From an uncultured Saprospiraceae bacterium (lineage in GTDB: Bacteria > Bacteroidota > Bacteroidia > Chitinophagales > Saprospiraceae), in contig CAZSKA010000039.1 in NCBI GenBank assembly GCA_964607315.1, positions 1 through 21,043 of the forward strand: a DNA stretch of 21,043 nt, read 5' to 3'. How positions within the stretch are numbered: position 1 is the first letter of the stretch; every line of letters starts with the position of its first letter. Positions 1 through 7,899 of the stretch are shown in pieces. A program made the translations under genes and the position numbers. The notes below the pieces were generated by a model. It did not search any database. It was not told the origin of the DNA and saw nothing but the letters and a program-made list of their open reading frames with translations.

Positions 1-1343
1 CTTTAAAAGCTACTTTATCTTCTGCTATTTCTAGTGCTAATAAATTGAAAGATCAGGACCAACTAGATAAAAAAACAGCTGAATTCTATGAAGTCAATCA
101 ATCTTTAAAAAAAATCAATACTTCTGTCAGAAAAAATAGAGCTTTAACCTCACAGTTCAGAAAAAATCGTAAAAACTATTTAGACATTCTTTCCAAGTCT
201 TTTTCGAATGGTGAGTTAGTTCTAGACTTTGTAGAATATGATGAAAATATATATGCCTATTCATTTGTAGATGATAAGGTGAAATTTCATAAGCTTGAAC
301 TAGACCTGTTATATAAGGAAAATGCTATTAATTCATTCCATGATCTGAATCAATTTGAAGCGTTTTCTCGTCTTGACAATCAATTATCAAACGCAATAGA
401 ATCATTAATCCCTGGTGAAGCTACAAACATAAACTCCCTAGTTATTATCCCAGATGGTCGTTTGCTTGAAATTCCATTTGAAGCAATTTCCTACAAAGGT
501 GAAGAACTTATCAAAAGATACCCTATTCAATATCTTAATTCAATTAATGACCACTTAAACAGAAGCAATAGAGTTAAGAACAATAGAAATTCATATGTTG
601 GATTTGGTCTTTCGTATAATGATAAACTTCTAAAAAACATCGAAAATTCAGAAGATATCTTTACACTTTTTGATGCAAAACAAAGATTAAGTAGTCTTCC
701 AAACGCTATACAAGAAATAAAAGCCGTAAGTAATAAATTTAGAGGACCTGTCTTTCTGAATGAAAAGTGTAAGGTGGAAAATTTTGTTACTCATACTGAA
801 AACGCAAATATTATACATATTGCGAATCATGTCCTTTTAAACAAAACAAATTCATCTCTTTCATCTATAGTCTTTGCTGAAAATAACGAACCTGATTTAT
901 TTGATGGAATTGAAATTAAGTCTTTAAATCTAAATGCTGAATTAGCAATTTTAAGCTCATGTAATTCTGGAGTTGGGGAAAACAATTCTGGAATTGGCAT
1001 AAGAAGTTTAGGTCATTCTTTTTTTGAAGCTGGTTGTCATTCTGTTATTGCGAATTTATGGGAGGCAAGTGATAAATCTTCCAAAAAAATAATCTCCTCT
1101 TTCGTGAATTATTTAAAAGAAGGAATTCCAAAAAACCAAGCCTTAAGATTAGCAAAATTAGACTTTTTAGAACAGGCTTCTGATGCAGAAAAACATCCTA
1201 AGTACTGGGCTAACATTGTTTTAATTGGAGACGCAAATCCTATAGAGTTTACCGCGCCTAAGTCCATGTGGAAATATGTTTTAGGTGGTCTCGTTTTAGT
1301 TTTGGCTGTATTTTTCTTCGCAAGAAAAAGAAATCGCTCATAA
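1..1343 (+). CDS. CHAT-domain (caspase-fold) protease with C-terminal membrane anchor; 5' end lies outside the window
   Basis: The reading frame is open from base 3 (LKATLSSAISSANK precedes the TTG at 45 chosen by the ORF track), so the gene is truncated by the window edge. A His/Cys dyad typical of CHAT is present: HIANH (816-830) and LSSCNSG (Cys codon 960-962). The last ~25 codons form a hydrophobic helix (VLGGLVLVLAVFFFA) followed by a basic tail (RKRNRS). Confidence 0.75.
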   Translation, partial: LKATLSSAISSANKLKDQDQLDKKTAEFYEVNQSLKKINTSVRKNRALTSQFRKNRKNYLDILSKSFSNGELVLDFVEYDENIYAYSFVDDKVKFHKLELDLLYKENAINSFHDLNQFEAFSRLDNQLSNAIESLIPGEATNINSLVIIPDGRLLEIPFEAISYKGEELIKRYPIQYLNSINDHLNRSNRVKNNRNSYVGFGLSYNDKLLKNIENSEDIFTLFDAKQRLSSLPNAIQEIKAVSNKFRGPVFLNEKCKVENFVTHTENANIIHIANHVLLNKTNSSLSSIVFAENNEPDLFDGIEIKSLNLNAELAILSSCNSGVGENNSGIGIRSLGHSFFEAGCHSVIANLWEASDKSSKKIISSFVNYLKEGIPKNQALRLAKLDFLEQASDAEKHPKYWANIVLIGDANPIEFTAPKSMWKYVLGGLVLVLAVFFFARKRNRS

Positions 1344-1621
1344 AGCGACTTCTTTCAACTACAATGTGTGTCAAAAACATATTAATCTTTTATGCTTTAT
1401 TCTTATATTTTTAAGAAAACGGACCTTATACGTTGAAGTGCTTTTTGCATAAAAATTTATACCCTTTCATAATTAAAAAGCCCTTAGTTCTTTTTTGTGA
1501 CATTTTTTTTCGTTCAATATGCAATAAATCGAACAACGGTGAATAGCAAATTATCCCCATTCTCTCCTAACACACATTATACACAAGAACTTTGAGGTAG
1601 GAGGCAATGCAAAAAATATTA

Positions 1622-1670
1622 AGATTTGGAAGATTTTGCAAAGTCACTGTAATGGCAAATCTGAAAATCT
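1622..1670. repeat. Composite inverted repeat with four AGATTT half-sites (two direct, 15-nt spacer, two inverted)
   Basis: AGATTT (1622-1627) and AGATTTTGC (1631-1639) face GCAAATCT (1655-1662) and AAAATCT (1664-1670). As RNA this folds into an imperfect hairpin of about 14 bp (6-bp outer stem, internal loop, 8-bp inner stem with one bulged U) and a 15-nt loop. Confidence 0.7.
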
Positions 1671-1727
1671 GGTAAAACAATAATTTCTAAGTAGTTTAAA
1701 ATCGCAATAAATGTTCTAACTATTGAT

Positions 1728-1955
1728 TTAGCTTTTAACCTTTTTGGGCTTAAAGCCCAAATAAAAAGGAGCTTCTTCTCCAGAAATAACCTTACTTTTC
1801 AGACTTAAAGATTTATATCAATTCTCCATTAGTATTTGACTTATTTTAAATTTTATTAGAACAATTTCTTCTTTAGTAATACGTGCAACAGCTAAGTCTT
1901 TTACTGCTTTTTTTGCTTTGTTCTTTGCAATTAATTCCTTAAACTAATGGGTCAT
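1728..1955 (-). pseudogene. Possible relic of a small HU/IHF-like DNA-binding protein gene with two in-frame stops
   Basis: Hand translation of the minus strand gives one frame: MTH*FKELIAKNKAKKAVKDLAVARITKEEIVLIKFKISQILMEN*YKSLSLKSKVISGEEAPFYLGFKPKKVKS*. The internal stops are TAG (1944-1946) and TGA (1818-1820). The layout (M..ELIAK / AKKAV....ITK / hydrophobic strand / GEE....FKPKK) recalls HU-family proteins from memory, but it is shorter and lacks the R.GRNP arm. Statistical support is weak, since an AT-rich frame with only 2 stops in 75 codons is not very improbable. Confidence 0.2.
1743..1761. repeat. Perfect 8-bp stem / 3-nt loop palindrome (TTTGGGCT-TAA-AGCCCAAA)
   Basis: Read directly from the sequence. 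There is no T-run after it on either strand, so it is not a canonical intrinsic terminator. It lies inside the putative relic ORF. Confidence 0.8.
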
Positions 1956-2058
1956 CCTAAAACAGACTTGATATTAATTCTTTTAAAAACTTGTCGATTT
2001 AGTAGAATATTAGAATTTCAGAATTATTTTTACAAAGAAGATTAACTCTCCATTAATC

Positions 2059-3591
2059 ATGCGAAAAATATTTAACAAGCTAATCAGTGTATATCTTGAA
2101 CTCAGATATAGACAAATCCAAAACTTTATGGATAATCCCCATGAGATACAGAGAGCATTGTTTAATCAAATTATCGCAGCAGGAACAGATACAGAATATG
2201 GTAAACAGTATAGCTTTGACAAGCTAAAAAATGCAGAAGATTTCGCAAGCAAAGTCCCCATAACTGACTACGAAGACTTAAAACCTTACATTGAAAGAAT
2301 GATGATGGGTGAAAAATCTATTCTCTGGCCAGGTCAAGTAAAATGGTTCTCTAAGTCCTCTGGTACTACAAGTAGCAAATCAAAATTCATCCCTGTTTCA
2401 CAGATTAACTTAAAACACGGCCATGTAAAAAGCAGCTGGGATGTTGTCACTTTACTCTATCATAACCGGCCAGAATCCATGGTGTTCGCTCAGAAAAATC
2501 TTGTAATGGGAGGCTCCTTAAGCGCTTTTGAAAAACATAAAGAAACAATATATGGAGACATTTCTGCTATCATGTTAGAAAACATGCCGTCTGTTGGGCG
2601 TCCCTTTTACACCCCAGATTTCAAAACGGCTATTATGCCAAACTGGGATGAAAAAATAGAACGAATGGTAGAAATTTGTTCAAAAGAACAAGTTACTATG
2701 TTTGGTGGTGTACCTACATGGACCATAGTATTATTTAGAAAAATTCTAGAAGCCACTGGCAAAAAAAATATAAAGGAAGTATGGCCTGATGTACAAACTT
2801 ATGTCCATGGAGGTGTTTCTTTTGAACCATATAGATCACAATTCGAAGAATTCTTACCTTTCGAAGAAATGAATTATGTGGAAGTCTATAATGCATCTGA
2901 AGGCTATTTCGCCATTCAAGATAATTCTGATACTAATGATTTACTTTTACTTCTAGATAATGGCAGTTATTATGAATTTATTCCCATGTCAGTATGGGGA
3001 ACTGAAGATCAAAAAGCAATTCCTCTTTCAGAAGTAAAAATAGGTGTTGTCTATGCAATAGTTATTTCTACAACAAGCGGTTTATGGCGGTATCAACCTG
3101 GAGATACCGTGGAATTCACATCTACATCACCTTATAAACTAAAAATTAAAGGAAGGACAAAACACTACATTAATGTGTTCGGGGAGGAAATCATGGTTTG
3201 TAATACAGATAAAGCACTTTCTTTGACATGTAGGGAACTTCATTGTTCTATCGTAGATTATACTGTAGGGCCTATTTTTATAGAAGGAAAAGATAAAAAA
3301 GGAGCACATGAATGGGCAATAGAATTCGAAATTACACCTGACAGTCTTGAAAATTTTGCAAATTTACTTGATTCGAATTTGCAAAAAGTAAATTCTGATT
3401 ATGAAGCTAAGCGATATAAAAGCATGGCACTTGATCAACTTAAAGTAAATTTATTACCAAGAGGATCATTTCTAAGTTGGCTTAGAACAAAAGGAAAAGT
3501 TGGAGGGCAAAATAAAATCCCTCGCTTATCAAATAACCGAATTTTTTTAGAGCAAATACTCGAATATAATGCTGTTAGATCATCCAGATAA
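2059..3591 (+). CDS. GH3 (auxin-responsive promoter) family adenylate-forming enzyme, bacterial type
   Basis: The ORF is 510 aa. It carries the adenylation motif SSGTTSSKSKFIP (~2356-2394) and a YNASEG / RYQPGD / GRTKH motif series typical of GH3/JAR1-like acyl-acid amido synthetases. Homologs of this length are widespread in Bacteroidota. Confidence 0.8.
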   Translation: MRKIFNKLISVYLELRYRQIQNFMDNPHEIQRALFNQIIAAGTDTEYGKQYSFDKLKNAEDFASKVPITDYEDLKPYIERMMMGEKSILWPGQVKWFSKSSGTTSSKSKFIPVSQINLKHGHVKSSWDVVTLLYHNRPESMVFAQKNLVMGGSLSAFEKHKETIYGDISAIMLENMPSVGRPFYTPDFKTAIMPNWDEKIERMVEICSKEQVTMFGGVPTWTIVLFRKILEATGKKNIKEVWPDVQTYVHGGVSFEPYRSQFEEFLPFEEMNYVEVYNASEGYFAIQDNSDTNDLLLLLDNGSYYEFIPMSVWGTEDQKAIPLSEVKIGVVYAIVISTTSGLWRYQPGDTVEFTSTSPYKLKIKGRTKHYINVFGEEIMVCNTDKALSLTCRELHCSIVDYTVGPIFIEGKDKKGAHEWAIEFEITPDSLENFANLLDSNLQKVNSDYEAKRYKSMALDQLKVNLLPRGSFLSWLRTKGKVGGQNKIPRLSNNRIFLEQILEYNAVRSSR

Positions 3592-3874
3592 AGACCTTAA
3601 AATTCCAGAAGATAGCATCTCTGATGAAGATATGATTGACATATTAGCTGAAAAGGTTCAAGCTTATTTGGATGTAAACATCAACTTGCTAATGAGCTAT
3701 TTATACAGACTTGATGTGCTCGAAAAAGATATTAAAGTGGCCTTGAGTAATACTACTTCAGAAGCTGGAAATTATGCTTTAGCCAAGTTAATTTGGGAAC
3801 GCCAAAAAAAGAGATTTGAAACCAAAAAAGATATTAAAGTAGAGAATAATATCGAAGATGATCTTTCTTGGTAA
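3569..3874 (+). CDS. Small acidic hypothetical protein (101 aa, or 80 aa if it starts at ATG 3632)
   Basis: The ORF overlaps the GH3 3' end by 23 nt and ends 9 nt before recO. It has a helical, charged composition and I recognise no family. Its tight packing with both neighbours argues that it is real. Confidence 0.5.
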   Translation: MLLDHPDKDLKIPEDSISDEDMIDILAEKVQAYLDVNINLLMSYLYRLDVLEKDIKVALSNTTSEAGNYALAKLIWERQKKRFETKKDIKVENNIEDDLSW

Positions 3875-3883
3875 ATTTGCCTC

Positions 3884-4609
3884 ATGATAAAAACACATGG
3901 CCTTGTAATAAGATCAATGAAATACGGTGAAACCTCCCTCATCGTAGACATCTTTACTAAGGACCTTGGACTCAGATCATATATTGTTAATGGCATAAGA
4001 AAATCTTCTTCTAAAAAATCTGCCGCAATTCTTCAAGTAACCAATTTCCTTGAAATTATAGCATATGATAACAAAGATGCAGATAAACTAAATCGCCTAA
4101 AAGAATTCAAACTATACAAATATCATGATGGAATTATTACACATCCAATGAAATCAATGATTTCTCAATTCATGATAGAAGTACTTAGAAAATGTGTAAA
4201 AGATTACAATGAAAATGTAGAATTATATGAATTCATCGAAGATTGGTTCTCACATCTTAATCAAAGCAAAGATTCACTGAGAAATTGTTTACTCCTCTAT
4301 CTCGTAGAATTAGCAGGTCTCATGGGTATAGGTTTTATGGATAAAGACCTTGGAACTGAAGAATACTTTGATCTTCAAGAAGGAGCTTTCACATTGAATT
4401 TACCTGAACATAAGCACTACCTATCCGGCTCACAATGCACTTATCTTAAGCTAATTATAAAAGCGAGCAAAACAGATATGCATGAATTTAACATCCAAAC
4501 ATCTATTCGTTCTCAACTTTTAAATGAACTTATTCTTTTCTTTCGTTATCATATAGATTCATTCGGAGAACTTAAAACACTTTCCATACTAAGAAGTATA
4601 ATGGCATAA
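3884..4609 (+). CDS. recO: DNA repair/recombination mediator RecO
   Basis: The ORF is 241 aa. The N-terminal OB-fold signature HGLVIRSMKYGETSLIVDIFT..GLRSYIVNGIR and the overall length match RecO. Confidence 0.85.
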   Translation: MIKTHGLVIRSMKYGETSLIVDIFTKDLGLRSYIVNGIRKSSSKKSAAILQVTNFLEIIAYDNKDADKLNRLKEFKLYKYHDGIITHPMKSMISQFMIEVLRKCVKDYNENVELYEFIEDWFSHLNQSKDSLRNCLLLYLVELAGLMGIGFMDKDLGTEEYFDLQEGAFTLNLPEHKHYLSGSQCTYLKLIIKASKTDMHEFNIQTSIRSQLLNELILFFRYHIDSFGELKTLSILRSIMA

Positions 4610-4668
4610 ACATTACCTTTTATGTTGTTAATTCTATGCTCATTAATGATAAAATCTGAAATTAAGTC

Positions 4669-4676
4669 TATTTTTG
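4669..4676 (+). promoter_or_regulatory. Bacteroidota-type -7 promoter box TATTTTTG (consensus TAnnTTTG)
   Basis: This is an exact match to TAnnTTTG. It overlaps the TTG (4674) that the ORF track used as start and lies 25 nt upstream of TTG 4701. No clear -33 TTTG partner was seen. Confidence 0.35.
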
Positions 4677-4700
4677 TGCCTGAAGTTTTTGATTATACAT

Positions 4701-6335
4701 TTGAAAAAACATATTACATTTTCCCTACTATTATTTCTCATGCCTCTCTTGGCGTATAGCCAATTCTATGTTGAAAAGCTAGATGACAAAATCAATAGTG
4801 ATGAATTTGATGAACTAGGGCCTGTAATGAATGAGAATGTGATTTATTTCACAAAAGTAGCTTCACCAGACTTTGTACAAGATGACAACTTTACCTCAAG
4901 ATTCGCAGGATCATTAAGATCTGTTTTTTCTCAACTTGCAGGCAAGAATATTGATAATATTGCTACATCAGATTTTAATCAAGACATATGGGTTGCTGAA
5001 ATTGATGAAAATGGCAAAACAATATGGGTTAACCATCCAAAAACACCTTTAAACAATCCTTTCCCTAATAGTGCTTGTTCCTATTATGTCAATGATAATG
5101 CATTAATAGTCATTAATCAATTCTATGATGATGGTTCTATTTCTGAAGGTTTCTCTAAAGTCAATATAAAAAATGGAGAATATGAAAAACCTATACCATT
5201 AGGAATTCATGAATATGAAGACTTTGGCACTGATGTAAATATGAGTATGAGCGGAGATGGACAGCATCTTTTTATAAGTATGAAAGGTCAAGATTCTAAT
5301 GGAAAAAACGACTTATATGTATGTGTAAAAATAGGAGATAATTTATGGTCAAAACCTAGAAAAATTAATGGTTCTATTAATACTGGATTCAATGAAACAT
5401 CTCCTTTTATTACTCCTGATAAAAAAACCTTAATCTTCTCTAGCAATAGACCAGGCGGTCAAGGTAAAATGGATTTGTATATAGCGCAGAGACTTGATTA
5501 TAGTTATAGAAATTGGAGTGAGCCCGTACCTTTAGAATCGCCTATTAATTCTGAACATGATGAATATCTTGCTTTGTTAACTGATGACAAAAAATTTCTA
5601 TACTTTAGCTCGAATAGAGATGGGAGTTCAGACATTTTTAGAGTTGACATGGCTAGACCGGAATTCCTTCCTGAAGATCTTACACTTTATTTGAAAATTA
5701 TTAATGCTGAGACTGGGAAAGTTACTAGAGGTGAAATCCAGTGGAAATCTCAGTATGACAAGGAATACTCTGGATTTTTTAGAACGTATACTGGAGAATT
5801 CGAGCTTGTCTTGAAAAAGAATGAACCTTTTGTATTCCAGGTAGACAAGAGAGGCTTTGCAAGTGAAAAAGTAGAAATTAGCCCATGGGATTTAGTGGTA
5901 AATAATATAACAAGAAAGGAAATAGAGATCTATATCCATCCTGGAGAAACAGTCAAAAAGAAGAAAGAATATGCTTTCCCTTTTGGAGATCAAAGAACTT
6001 TCACTTTAGAAGAAATCTTTTTTGCAAAAGGATCTGCAGCCGTTCTTTCACAATCGCTTAATGAAATCAACAATCTTGCTGAAGTGCTTCTTAAAAACCC
6101 TAACATTGAAATCCTTATAGAAGGTCATACAGATAATGTAGGAGACAAAAAAGCTCTTAAAGAACTATCCTTAGCTAGAGCAAAAGAAATCAAAGCCCAC
6201 CTTGTTAATAGAGGAATTGAAGAAAATAGATTAGAAGTTATTGGTTATGGTTCAGAAAAATCTCTTAATGGAAATGAAACCGAAGAAGAAAGAAAGAAAA
6301 ATAGACGAGTTGAAATCCGAATTACAAAAGAATGA
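4701..6335 (+). CDS. Envelope protein with TolB-like PD40 beta-propeller repeats and a C-terminal OmpA peptidoglycan-binding domain
   Basis: PD40-type repeats are present (LIFSSNRPGGQGKMDLYIA, LYFSSNRDGSSDIFRV). The OmpA_C domain is canonical (IEGHTDNVGD...LSLARA...NRRVEIRI). I prefer the TTG at 4701, which gives the signal peptide MKKHITFSLLLFLMPLLAYSQ. The track start at 4674 sits inside the -7 box. Confidence 0.85.
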   Translation: MKKHITFSLLLFLMPLLAYSQFYVEKLDDKINSDEFDELGPVMNENVIYFTKVASPDFVQDDNFTSRFAGSLRSVFSQLAGKNIDNIATSDFNQDIWVAEIDENGKTIWVNHPKTPLNNPFPNSACSYYVNDNALIVINQFYDDGSISEGFSKVNIKNGEYEKPIPLGIHEYEDFGTDVNMSMSGDGQHLFISMKGQDSNGKNDLYVCVKIGDNLWSKPRKINGSINTGFNETSPFITPDKKTLIFSSNRPGGQGKMDLYIAQRLDYSYRNWSEPVPLESPINSEHDEYLALLTDDKKFLYFSSNRDGSSDIFRVDMARPEFLPEDLTLYLKIINAETGKVTRGEIQWKSQYDKEYSGFFRTYTGEFELVLKKNEPFVFQVDKRGFASEKVEISPWDLVVNNITRKEIEIYIHPGETVKKKKEYAFPFGDQRTFTLEEIFFAKGSAAVLSQSLNEINNLAEVLLKNPNIEILIEGHTDNVGDKKALKELSLARAKEIKAHLVNRGIEENRLEVIGYGSEKSLNGNETEEERKKNRRVEIRITKE

Positions 6336-7033
6336 CCGAAACTATTTCTAAAAATTGGCTTTCTGAAGGATTAAAAGCCGTTGCAAACGGTTTTTCAATT
6401 ATCTTTCATCCTATCTTTCTTATCACTTATTTCTTATTAATTATTTTAATACTAAATCCTTATCTTTTTGGGGCAAATGATATGAAAGACAAAGGGCTCA
6501 TCATTATCTATGTAGTAGCAATTTCTATTGTTTTTCCCCTTATTCCTATTGTAATGATGTACGCACTTGGCATGTCAAAAAGTATAACATTAAAATCCAA
6601 AGGTGAACGAACCGTTCCGCTTATATTAACTGGAATTTTCTATCTGTGGCTTTATATTAATATGGTAAATAATCAGTCAATTCCGCCTGCATTCAATGCT
6701 TTCCTATTAGGTAGTGTAATCACCCTCTTCTCTTGCTTTTTTATTAATTTATTTAGTAAAATCAGTTTACATACTGCAGGTATAGCGGGTCTATTTACTG
6801 GAATTTGTTGGTTTAGATATTATTATGCTTACGATAGTTTTTATTTGAGATTATCTGATGGACATATTTTCACCTTTGAAACGAACATTATTATCCTAAT
6901 TTTATTGATAATTGCGGGAATTATAGGTACAAGTCGATTAATCTTAAAAGCGCATCAACCATCTGATATCTATGGTGGATATTTAGTTGGATTTGCAGCT
7001 CAAATAATCGCAATAAGAATAATTTTAAATTAA
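6332..7033 (+). CDS. Polytopic membrane protein, divergent PAP2-superfamily (lipid phosphate phosphatase-like)
   Basis: The ORF is 233 aa with about 6 hydrophobic helices. It has an exact PAP2 C3 motif SRxxxxxHxxxD (SRLILKAHQPSD), a C2-like SLHTAG and a C1-like KSKGERTVP. Its ATG overlaps the upstream stop (ATGA at 6332-6335). Confidence 0.6.
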   Translation: MTETISKNWLSEGLKAVANGFSIIFHPIFLITYFLLIILILNPYLFGANDMKDKGLIIIYVVAISIVFPLIPIVMMYALGMSKSITLKSKGERTVPLILTGIFYLWLYINMVNNQSIPPAFNAFLLGSVITLFSCFFINLFSKISLHTAGIAGLFTGICWFRYYYAYDSFYLRLSDGHIFTFETNIIILILLIIAGIIGTSRLILKAHQPSDIYGGYLVGFAAQIIAIRIILN

Positions 7034-7041
7034 AATCATAA

Positions 7042-7860
7042 ATGATACAAGAAACAATTAATATAATTGAAGCGGCATGGGATGATCGCTCTTTACTTAA
7101 AGATGAGAAAACTTTAGGTTGTATTAGAGAAACCATAGATCTTCTTGATAAAGGAAAGCTAAGAGTTGCTGAAAAAGTAGCTGGAGAATGGAAAGTAAAT
7201 CAATGGGTGAAGAAAGCCGTAATATTATATTTCCCTATCTGCAAAATGGAAACCATTGAAGTTGGTCCATTTGAATTTCATGATAAAATTCCTTTGAAAA
7301 AAGATTTTGCTGGGCAAGGTGTACGAGTAGTTCCACATGCTATTGCTAGATATGGTTCTTTTTTAGAAGAGGGCACTATTATGATGCCTTCTTATGTAAA
7401 TATTGGAGCACATGTAGGTTCTGGCACTATGGTAGATACATGGGCAACTGTTGGGTCTTGCGCCCAAATTGGCCGTAATGTTCACCTTAGTGGTGGTGTA
7501 GGAATTGGTGGTGTTTTAGAACCATTGCAAGCTACTCCTACTATCATAGAAGACAATTGCTTTATTGGTTCAAGGTGTATTGTTGTAGAAGGTGTTGTTA
7601 TAGAAAAAGAAGCTGTATTAGGTGCTAATGTAGTATTGACAAAATCTACTCACATTATTGATGTAAGTGGAGATGAACCTGTAGAATATAGAGGGCGTGT
7701 TCCTGAAAGATCTGTTGTTATTCCTGGTTCTTACACAAAAAAATTCCCTGCTGGTGAATATCAGGTGTCTTGCGCACTTATTATTGGAACCAGAAAAGAA
7801 TCAACTGACAAAAAAGTTAGTTTGAACAATGCACTAAGAGAATTCAACGTTTCCGTATGA
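7042..7860 (+). CDS. dapD: 2,3,4,5-tetrahydropyridine-2,6-dicarboxylate N-succinyltransferase
   Basis: The ORF is 272 aa. It has a left-handed beta-helix hexapeptide region (GAHVGSGTMVDTWATVGSCAQIGRNVHLSGGVGIGGVLEP) with a DapD-type N-terminal domain and a C-terminal tail. Confidence 0.9.
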   Translation: MIQETINIIEAAWDDRSLLKDEKTLGCIRETIDLLDKGKLRVAEKVAGEWKVNQWVKKAVILYFPICKMETIEVGPFEFHDKIPLKKDFAGQGVRVVPHAIARYGSFLEEGTIMMPSYVNIGAHVGSGTMVDTWATVGSCAQIGRNVHLSGGVGIGGVLEPLQATPTIIEDNCFIGSRCIVVEGVVIEKEAVLGANVVLTKSTHIIDVSGDEPVEYRGRVPERSVVIPGSYTKKFPAGEYQVSCALIIGTRKESTDKKVSLNNALREFNVSV

Positions 7861-7899
7861 TGCGTTCTAATTAGATAAATATTTTTTAATTTCGCTTTA

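Noticed and set aside
1426-1560. A 44-codon basic minus-strand ORF (MGIICYSPLFDLLHIERKKMSQKRTKGFLIMKGYKFLCKKHFNV).
   Set aside because: It has no recognisable motif, no promoter box and no coupling to neighbours. An ORF of this length is expected by chance. It would need conservation or Ribo-seq evidence.
1607-1675. A 22-codon ORF (MQKILRFGRFCKVTVMANLKIW) preceded by a perfect AGGAGG (1599-1604).
   Set aside because: The AGGAGG lies only 2 nt from the ATG, which is too close for Shine-Dalgarno function. No real gene in this window uses an SD sequence, as expected for Bacteroidota. The ORF coincides with the inverted-repeat hairpin, which explains its sequence better.
1744-1760. The same 17-nt palindrome TTGGGCT-TAA-AGCCCAA recurs in reverse-complement form at 20252-20268 inside the vWA gene.
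   Set aside because: A palindrome has only about 10 independent bases. The flanks do not match. The second copy encodes conserved-looking protein sequence (KIGLKAQN). This is most likely coincidence rather than a dispersed element.
1728-1955. Possibility that the in-frame TAG/TGA in the HU-like frame are recoded (read-through or an alternative genetic code).
   Set aside because: Other genes in the window clearly terminate at TGA (6335, 10220) and TAG (10789, 19130). The ORF also lacks conserved HU residues. Decay is the simpler explanation.
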